5,842 nt of DNA. Origin: Escherichia coli. Lineage in GTDB: Bacteria > Pseudomonadota > Gammaproteobacteria > Enterobacterales > Enterobacteriaceae. The notes beneath the pieces were generated by a model that saw nothing but the letters and a program-made list of their open reading frames with translations, did not search any database and had not been told where the DNA came from. The DNA lies in the NCBI RefSeq assembly GCF_003334405.1, contig NZ_QOWM01000032.1. One strand, given 5' to 3'. This document shows positions 1 to 5,151 of this stretch, piece after piece. Position 1 is the stretch's first letter. Every line of letters starts with the position of its first letter. Made by a program: the position numbers and the translations under genes.

Positions 1-1824
1 GCTGTTATGCTTGTTGCGGCATGGTTTGCAGGTTCATTTATTTTCTTTGTGCTTTACTTCAGCCAGATAAAGAATCTGAAACCATTGAAGGCTGTGTTCA
101 GATCCATTGATGCGTACAGGATGGATATTTTTACAGACAGCCTTACTTTATCTGTTGTGACTACGGATATCAGAGTTTTAGCCTTTGTTGCACTTGGAGC
201 AGGATTTGTCGTGTCTCTTATCATCCCTGTTGCGGCGTTGATAAAACTGAACGAGAAGAAAGAAAATATTTTCGGTGATGCGCGATTTGCGACAATTAAT
301 GATATTCGTGAGTCTAACAGTTTCACGCTTGACGGTGACGAAAAAGACGGGATTATCGTTGGTATAAAAGATAAGAAAATCATACGCTATGTGGGAGCAG
401 CATTCAGTGCTATGGGAGCCGGAACAAGGGCTGGTAAAGGTGCTGGTATAGTCATCACTAATCTTATGAAGTACTGGTGGAGTGTTATTATTCTCGATCC
501 AAAAAGGGAGTGTTTTAATATCACCAGTCTTATCAGGAAGGTGATTTTAGGTCATGAGGTTTATAAATTTGATCCCTTTAGTCCGGTAACGCACCGCTTT
601 AACCCTTTGTATTATGTCAGCATGGGAACGAGTGAAGGTTTTAATCAGCTTGAAAATCTTGCGTTGATTATTTACCCCTATAATACAGATGGTGCGGATG
701 CTGGTAGCTATCTTAATAAGACGGCGGGTGGTGTTTTTAAATCTTATGCTGTCGCTTTATGGTTTATGATTAAGAATGATAAGGCTGGACTAAAAACGCT
801 TGATATTGAGCCTGTCTTCTCAATGTCTAAAATTAATCAGCTTTTTGAGCGTGCAGAACCCGAACATCTTCTTTCATTCATGAATGATATTCGTTCAGAA
901 TTAAGGGGGAAAGACAAAACGCTTGCTGATATTGGTGTCGCTGGGCTTAAGGCATTCATTGAGATGGAGGATAAAACAAAAGCACAACTCAAAAGCAACT
1001 TTCTTAATGGATTATCACCGTTTGCTAACCCTAATGTGGCAAATGCTACTGATGGAAATGATTTTGATTTGCGGCAGGTGCGGAAAAAGCGGATGACAAT
1101 TTATTTCTGTATTTCTGGTGATAATGCCAGGTTGGCTGAAAAAATAACAAATATTTTCTTTCAGCTTGCTATACAGGTGAATCTTGAAAAGATGCCAACG
1201 GATGATCCGGAAATAAAGCATGACTGCCTTTTTCTACTGGATGAATTCCCGTCAATTGGTGCTGTAGATTACATCAAGAGTAAATCTGGTCTCATTGCTG
1301 GTTACAAGCTGAAATTGTTGATTGTTTACCAGGTCGGCTCTCAGCTTGAGGAAATCTACAGTTATGCAGGCAGTAAAACATTACTGGCAAGTGCACCCTG
1401 CAAAATTGTTTATTCCGCTTCTGATGTTAAAGATGCGCGGGAGTTATCAGAAGCGATGGGGACACGAACAGTAACTATCGGTTCGAAAAGCAAAAGTCGT
1501 AGTCGTGGAGGAACATCGAGATCTGAATCAGAAAGCCTTATTGAGCGTCCACTGGTAACAACAAATGAACTACTTACACTGAAATTTAGTGAAGAAATCC
1601 TGGCAATGAAGGGAGAAAACCCGATTCGTTGTGAAAAGGCATTTTACTATCTCAATGAGTATTTCTTTGGTGATTTTGTGAAGGTTGCTCCGGAACTTGC
1701 AAACATTTTCCCCAGGAAGAAAGGAAAGCTGGTTATGCCTCCACAGAAAGTATTTGAAAATGAAATCGTCGCAAAAGGGTATCTGGCAGTAAAAGATGTT
1801 CCTGATCTCGATAAAGCGGCGTAA
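1..1824 (+). CDS. virD4: Type IV coupling protein (T4CP), VirD4/TraG family. It is probably 5'-truncated by the window edge, because the frame is open from nt 1 and the first ATG is at nt 7.
   Basis: The 605-aa ORF begins with two hydrophobic helices (AAWFAGSFIFFVLYF and VLAFVALGAGFVVSLIIPVAALI). It has a Walker A-like GAGTRAGKGAG at nt 415-447 (compare APTRSGKG in TraG/VirD4), a T4CP-typical IILDPKRE motif, and a Walker B-like LFLLDEFPSIG starting at nt 1228. The motif order and the length match VirD4/TraG. Stop TAA is at 1822-1824. Confidence 0.94.
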   Translation, partial: AVMLVAAWFAGSFIFFVLYFSQIKNLKPLKAVFRSIDAYRMDIFTDSLTLSVVTTDIRVLAFVALGAGFVVSLIIPVAALIKLNEKKENIFGDARFATINDIRESNSFTLDGDEKDGIIVGIKDKKIIRYVGAAFSAMGAGTRAGKGAGIVITNLMKYWWSVIILDPKRECFNITSLIRKVILGHEVYKFDPFSPVTHRFNPLYYVSMGTSEGFNQLENLALIIYPYNTDGADAGSYLNKTAGGVFKSYAVALWFMIKNDKAGLKTLDIEPVFSMSKINQLFERAEPEHLLSFMNDIRSELRGKDKTLADIGVAGLKAFIEMEDKTKAQLKSNFLNGLSPFANPNVANATDGNDFDLRQVRKKRMTIYFCISGDNARLAEKITNIFFQLAIQVNLEKMPTDDPEIKHDCLFLLDEFPSIGAVDYIKSKSGLIAGYKLKLLIVYQVGSQLEEIYSYAGSKTLLASAPCKIVYSASDVKDARELSEAMGTRTVTIGSKSKSRSRGGTSRSESESLIERPLVTTNELLTLKFSEEILAMKGENPIRCEKAFYYLNEYFFGDFVKVAPELANIFPRKKGKLVMPPQKVFENEIVAKGYLAVKDVPDLDKAA

Positions 1825-1832
1825 AGGAGAAC

Positions 1833-2255
1833 ATGATGAAGAAATTAGTGGTTTTATTGATTTCCATTCTTGCTGGTTGTTCATCACCGCCAGAGCCAAC
1901 ACCCGTGCAGTTTGAAAAGGCAAATGAAGTGATCAATCCCTCATTGCCATATGTCCCCGATTTTCACGGTGTCATAAAGTCAGACGTTAGCGGTAAAGGA
2001 TGGGTTTATGAGATCACTTCCTTATCCGGAGTACAGGCCAGAACGCCGACGTTTTATTACGCTCTGGCTCATGCGGACAGGATTGTAGTGACAACACATG
2101 ATGCTGGGCTGTGGTTTCGAATCAGAGATCTGTTGAAGATGGAAGGGGCAACAGCAGTCGTGGAATGGCGAAACGAGAAAAGTTTTTTACCTGAACAGGG
2201 AAAAATAGTTTTCATTAAAGCACAAAACGAGGTGAAAAATGACTGGAAAAAATAG
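1833..2255 (+). CDS. Lipoprotein of unknown function, a candidate T4SS accessory or surface/entry-exclusion lipoprotein.
   Basis: The N-terminus MMKKLVVLLISILAGCSS carries a classical lipobox L-A-G-C with Cys16. Ser at +2 predicts outer-membrane sorting under the Lol +2 rule. AAGGAG at 1824-1829 fits the second ATG (1836) better than 1833. The gene lies 8 nt after the T4CP stop. Confidence 0.8.
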   Translation: MMKKLVVLLISILAGCSSPPEPTPVQFEKANEVINPSLPYVPDFHGVIKSDVSGKGWVYEITSLSGVQARTPTFYYALAHADRIVVTTHDAGLWFRIRDLLKMEGATAVVEWRNEKSFLPEQGKIVFIKAQNEVKNDWKK

Positions 2256-2544
2256 AGTGGTTTTACCTGCCTTGCTGGCGTTAGGATTAATATCAATAAA
2301 TGCTAATGCCGCTGATCCCTGTAAATCTGTTTTTTGTCTTTATGGTAAAGCTGTCGGTAGTAGTGGAGGGAGTGAGTGCAGTAGTGCCGAAAAGGATTTT
2401 TTTAAAAATGTTGAAAAGAAAAAGGGGAAAATCCGCTGGAGTAAAACATTTGATCTCCGTAAAGGTTTTTTAAATCAGTGCTCAACGGCAGACCCGGCGG
2501 CAATCTCTCTGATCATGAGTAAGTTTGGTAAGATTAAGGGGTAG
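2239..2544 (+). CDS. Small secreted cysteine-containing protein, probably a TrbM/KikA/MpfK-family conjugal transfer protein.
   Basis: GAGGTG at 2229-2234 sits 4 nt before the ATG. The Sec signal peptide MTGKNRVVLPALLALGLISINANA has an A-x-A cleavage site before ADPC. The mature part has the pattern C-x4-C-L ... G-x-EC ... FLNxC, which matches my recollection of the TrbM/KikA family signature. That assignment is from memory and was not searched. The start overlaps the lipoprotein gene by 17 nt. Confidence 0.65.
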   Translation: MTGKNRVVLPALLALGLISINANAADPCKSVFCLYGKAVGSSGGSECSSAEKDFFKNVEKKKGKIRWSKTFDLRKGFLNQCSTADPAAISLIMSKFGKIKG

Positions 2545-2549
2545 ATGAT

Positions 2550-2807
2550 ATGAAAAAAAAAGAAAAGTTTGATTTTCTGAATGCAATAAAAGCAGGGCAC
2601 TCTGGCGTAATAACTGGTAATCCTGCTCATGCATTGGATGATAAGACTATGAACGCCATCATTCATAACTACGTGGCAACGATTGTGCCCGGTAAAGCAG
2701 GTAACTGCAAAGAAACTCCTCTCACAAAGTATTGTTCGAGGACTATGCCAGAGCGTATTTCAGTTGAAGAAATTAATGAGGTTAAAATTTATCCAGAATT
2801 CTTCTGA
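2550..2807 (+). CDS. Hypothetical 85-aa cytoplasmic protein with no recognisable family.
   Basis: AAGGGG at 2536-2541 lies 8 nt before the ATG, and the gene starts 5 nt after the previous stop. There is no signal peptide or TM segment. The ORF is the last gene before the stem-loop. Support comes only from position, RBS and operon context. Confidence 0.6.
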   Translation: MKKKEKFDFLNAIKAGHSGVITGNPAHALDDKTMNAIIHNYVATIVPGKAGNCKETPLTKYCSRTMPERISVEEINEVKIYPEFF

Positions 2808-2826
2808 ACAGAGATAAATGTAAACG

Positions 2827-2860
2827 CCGCAGATTCCAGATTTTAATCTGGAATTTGCGG
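2827..2860 (+). repeat. Near-perfect inverted repeat forming a stem-loop (16-nt arms). It may be a terminator/attenuator, an RNA processing or stability element, or a palindromic operator.
   Basis: CCGCAGATTCCAGATT (2827-2842), TT, then AATCTGGAATTTGCGG (2845-2860). Base-by-base pairing gives 15 Watson-Crick pairs plus one G-U (2832/2855). It sits in the largest intergenic gap of the window (2808-2888). No U-tract follows on the + strand (GGTTGAACAACC), so it is not a canonical intrinsic terminator. Confidence 0.6.
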
Positions 2861-2888
2861 GGTTGAACAACCGAAGGGCGTTAGTTTT

Positions 2889-3323
2889 ATGATGAATAAA
2901 TTTAGTTATGTCAATCGTATGCTTCGGCAAGTTTTTGTTTTTAGTTTTATCACGGCCCCATCAATATCTTTATTTGTTGTTTTTATGTTTTTTTCGTTTA
3001 ATAACTCAATTGCTGGTTCATTTTTAAAAGAGGCCAGGGGGCTTATAACCGATACTCCTTCTGATAAGGTTAACGTCTGTCTTTTCGAAAAGGGCGTACC
3101 ACAGGATATGGAGTTGACAAACTCCACAACTGAACATGTATTAAAAAATAAATGTATAACAACGTTAGTTGATGCTGCTGACTGGCAGGAATCTGTTGAC
3201 GGTTCTATTCGATATTTTTATTGGTCGTCAGTTGTTATTGGCTTTGTGGTCTGGTTTACCTTTAATTTTTGTGCACTGGAAGAACTATTTTATCGTAGAA
3301 ACAGAAAAGGAGACGTTGAATGA
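2889..3323 (+). CDS. Two-TM inner-membrane protein with a predicted periplasmic loop of roughly 70 aa. It is an orphan, translationally coupled to the downstream nuclease.
   Basis: TM1 is VFVFSFITAPSISLFVVFMFFSF and TM2 is YWSSVVIGFVVWFTFNFCAL. Positive residues flank both termini (NRMLRQ and YRRNRKGD), which implies N-in/C-in topology with the central loop (2 Cys) in the periplasm. The stop TGA (3321-3323) overlaps the ATG of the nuclease (3320-3322). The RBS is weak (GAAGGG 2873-2878, 10 nt from the ATG), so the exact start (2889 or 2892) is uncertain. Confidence 0.7.
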   Translation: MMNKFSYVNRMLRQVFVFSFITAPSISLFVVFMFFSFNNSIAGSFLKEARGLITDTPSDKVNVCLFEKGVPQDMELTNSTTEHVLKNKCITTLVDAADWQESVDGSIRYFYWSSVVIGFVVWFTFNFCALEELFYRRNRKGDVE

Positions 3324-3835
3324 GGATTTTTTTAAGCGTAATTTTATTCCTGTTTACTGCTTTTCAGTCTGCAAATGCAGGTGGAATACCTGGTGCTTTA
3401 GCAGGAATACTTTCTACATTAAACCAGGAAATCCAGGGGAAAGTTATTCGTGTTCTCGATGGCGATACCATCGAAGTTTTACAGGACAAAAAGCCCGTCA
3501 GGATTCGCCTGGCAAACATCGATGCACCGGAGAAAAAACAGGCTTTCGGGCGCTGGTCAGCAAATCAGCTTAAAGCTCTGCTTGCAGCACAGCCTGTTAC
3601 GGTGACGTACACGCAGACAGACCGCTACGGACGCATTATCGGTCATGTGTTCACGACGAACGGCACGGATGCCAGCCGCTTTATGGTTCAGTCTGGCGCT
3701 GCATGGGTATATGAACGTTACAACGTGGATGAGTCATTACCGGCTCTACAACGGGAAGCGCAGGAACAAAAACGCGGTTTGTGGGTCGATGCAAATCCGG
3801 TTCCACCGTGGGAGTGGCGATACAAACATAACTAA
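3320..3835 (+). CDS. nuc: Secreted (periplasmic) thermonuclease of the staphylococcal nuclease (SNase) fold family, like plasmid RP4 ParB-type nucleases.
   Basis: AAGGAG at 3307-3312 lies 7 nt before the ATG. The signal peptide MRIFLSVILFLFTAFQSANA is cleaved before GG. There are clear block matches to S. aureus nuclease: LDGDTIEV vs IDGDTVKL, IRLANIDAPE vs FRLLLVDTPE, DRYGRIIGHVF vs DKYGRGLAYIY, and QKRGLW vs EKLNIW. The residues corresponding to the Ca-binding and catalytic residues (Asp, Arg, Asp-x-x-Glu, Arg) are present, so the enzyme is probably active. Confidence 0.93.
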   Translation: MRIFLSVILFLFTAFQSANAGGIPGALAGILSTLNQEIQGKVIRVLDGDTIEVLQDKKPVRIRLANIDAPEKKQAFGRWSANQLKALLAAQPVTVTYTQTDRYGRIIGHVFTTNGTDASRFMVQSGAAWVYERYNVDESLPALQREAQEQKRGLWVDANPVPPWEWRYKHN

Positions 3836-3850
3836 CTGATAGAGGTTTTT

Positions 3851-4255
3851 ATGGCTTTATCACCCAAAGAAAAGAAAGAGTTACAACAACGCTTCGAAAA
3901 GCAATTACTACCTGACCTTGATATGTCATTTGAACTAAATGGCGAAGTATATAAATTTAATTTTGATAAAAATGAGTCAGGTGACTATATCGATAGTTTT
4001 ACACAAGCAGTATGGGGAGGTTATCAGGATGCCGAGGAATGGGAAAAATATGGTAAACATCAGGAGACAGAATTACCTGAATACCCTGAACCAGTCGAGG
4101 GTTGGTGCGACTGTGATAAATGTAAGTCGATGATTTTTCATAAAGAGAAAAATATTTATGTTTGCCTCTCCTGCCATAAACAAACAGAGCCATTTCTTCC
4201 AATTGACTGGAACTCAAACGATTACGATTGGCTACCTTATGAAGATGAATACTAA
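3851..4255 (+). CDS. Highly acidic 134-aa protein with a C-terminal Cys4-type zinc ribbon. Its function is unknown.
   Basis: AGAGG at 3841-3845 lies 5 nt before the ATG. By my count it has 30 Asp+Glu against 14 Lys+Arg, a net charge of about -16. The cysteines C86/C88-x2-C91 ... C105-x2-C108 (nt 4106-4174) form two CxxC knuckles 13 residues apart. It is rich in Trp/Tyr and ends in the acidic-aromatic tail DYDWLPYEDEY. There is no signal peptide. Confidence 0.75.
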   Translation: MALSPKEKKELQQRFEKQLLPDLDMSFELNGEVYKFNFDKNESGDYIDSFTQAVWGGYQDAEEWEKYGKHQETELPEYPEPVEGWCDCDKCKSMIFHKEKNIYVCLSCHKQTEPFLPIDWNSNDYDWLPYEDEY

Positions 4256-4315
4256 TGCTGAATACTTCACAGTCATAATGGATGAAATGGCGACATAAGC
4301 ATTAAGGAGGCAAAA

Positions 4316-4528
4316 ATGAATGATTGGCTCTGTTCTTTACATGATTTAATCACAAATCCTGTATTTATGCTGTCTTTTTCAGTTTTTTGGGTGTCTACGG
4401 GAACACTTTTAATCAGAACTGTATTCAGAAAAATTAACATATCTGAAATTTGCATACTTTTTTTATTATTGACACTAATAATTCTGTCTTTATGTATTTT
4501 TGTAACATTAAAAGCTTCTTTTAACTAA
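4316..4528 (+). CDS. Small (70-aa) hydrophobic membrane protein with two predicted TM helices. Its function is unknown.
   Basis: A consensus Shine-Dalgarno TAAGGAGG at 4303-4310 lies 5 nt before the ATG. The hydrophobic segments are VFMLSFSVFWVSTGTLLI and ICILFLLLTLIILSLCIFVTL, separated by RTVFRKINISE. The coding DNA is extremely AT-rich (I count 20% GC in 4441-4500). Confidence 0.6.
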   Translation: MNDWLCSLHDLITNPVFMLSFSVFWVSTGTLLIRTVFRKINISEICILFLLLTLIILSLCIFVTLKASFN

Positions 4529-4571
4529 AAGCAGCCACTAAAGACAAATCAGATACTTTTTGAGGGTTATT

Positions 4572-5147
4572 ATGCAATATGCATTGTTTGATGGATTTGA
4601 ACGAAAGTTTTTGCTGGATGCTCTTGAATTTGGTGTTCTGAAGGACTGGAAAGAAAATCCGGTAAAAGAACTTCCTGATATTGATGAATCTGTTCACCCC
4701 TTCCATGTCTGCTATGGTGGATATTTATTAAATCCTGGTGTTTCAGATTCAGATATTAGCAGAAAAATAAAAGACCAGACAGGATTCTGGCTGGCAGCTA
4801 TTGATGATACCCGCATGGATTGTCATTCAATAGCTTATTATGATATTCACACACTCCCTCTGATTTCGTGTGGACATCAAAAGATAGTTCCTTTTGCAGC
4901 GTTAATAAAAGCTGATGAATGCATCATTTCTAAAATTTCTGCGTATTCTGGTTTTGCCGTAACAGCCTTTTTGAGAATTAAAGACCAGGATATTGCAATT
5001 AATATACTTAACCGTGAAGGAATTTTTGCCTTTAATGGCTGTGAACGCAGGTTCAGACAACCTGTAGGTGAAGATAACTGGAAACAGGCAGTGTCAGAAG
5101 AACGTGCTATTCGCTGTGCAAACAGACTAATTCAGTGTAAAGGATAA
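4572..5147 (+). CDS. Hypothetical cytoplasmic 191-aa Cys/His-rich protein with no recognisable family. It lies immediately upstream of topB and is probably co-translated with it.
   Basis: The ORF track starts at TTG 4560, but ATG 4572 is preceded by GAGGG (4562-4566) at 5-nt spacing and is the more likely start. It has seven Cys and several His in motifs such as HPFHVCYGG, DCHSIAYYD, SCGHQK and FNGCERRF. Stop TAA at 5145-5147 is 4 nt before the topB ATG. Confidence 0.72.
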   Translation: MQYALFDGFERKFLLDALEFGVLKDWKENPVKELPDIDESVHPFHVCYGGYLLNPGVSDSDISRKIKDQTGFWLAAIDDTRMDCHSIAYYDIHTLPLISCGHQKIVPFAALIKADECIISKISAYSGFAVTAFLRIKDQDIAINILNREGIFAFNGCERRFRQPVGEDNWKQAVSEERAIRCANRLIQCKG

Positions 5148-5151
5148 CAAA

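Noticed and set aside
1483-1536. The low-complexity Ser/Arg/Lys stretch SKSKSRSRGGTSRSESES in the T4CP, a possible insertion or repeat.
   Set aside because: As far as I recall, a Ser/Arg-rich segment at this position, just before the conserved RPL...E..L block, is a normal feature of TraG/VirD4 proteins. The DNA is not a tandem repeat.
54-2666. Minus-strand ORFs from the track: 54-383, 1015-1221, 1570-1923, 1733-1936, 2069-2296 and 2475-2666.
   Set aside because: Each lies entirely antisense to a well-supported + strand gene (T4CP, lipoprotein, TrbM-like or the 85-aa ORF). None has a convincing RBS. Their translations are low-complexity and Ile/Phe/Ser-rich, as is typical of antisense frames in AT-rich DNA.
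2881-2950. A 10-nt direct repeat, TTAGTTTTAT, at 2881-2890 and 2941-2950.
   Set aside because: It is a single short repeat in very AT-rich sequence with one copy inside coding DNA. It has no iteron-like periodicity or additional copies.
3169-3573. A 134-aa + strand ORF in an alternative frame spanning the junction between the membrane gene and the nuclease gene.
   Set aside because: It overlaps two better-supported genes out of frame and has no SD. Its product is Arg/Cys/Ser-rich nonsense-like sequence, while the nuclease frame shows unmistakable SNase motifs. I found no sign of a frameshifted pseudogene.
3645-4217. Short ORFs from the track: 3645-3839 (+), 3939-4133 (+), 3999-4217 (-), 2906-3127 (-), 4273-4455 (-) and 4521-4706 (-).
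   Set aside because: All are nested in or overlap stronger genes in other frames or on the other strand. None has RBS or motif support, and their length is what chance would produce.
4256-4315. A possible promoter (CATAAT at 4274-4279) and a 6-codon mini-ORF (ATG GAT GAA ATG GCG ACA TAA, 4279-4299) ahead of the small membrane gene.
   Set aside because: There is no acceptable -35 hexamer at 16-18 nt spacing and no extended -10 TG. The mini-ORF has no RBS. Both could easily arise by chance in AT-rich DNA.
4560-4571. The TTG start proposed by the ORF track for the 195-aa version of the topB-proximal orphan.
   Set aside because: The GAGGG Shine-Dalgarno lies inside those first codons and is correctly spaced for ATG 4572, so the 191-aa form is more likely. 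The TTG start has no upstream RBS.
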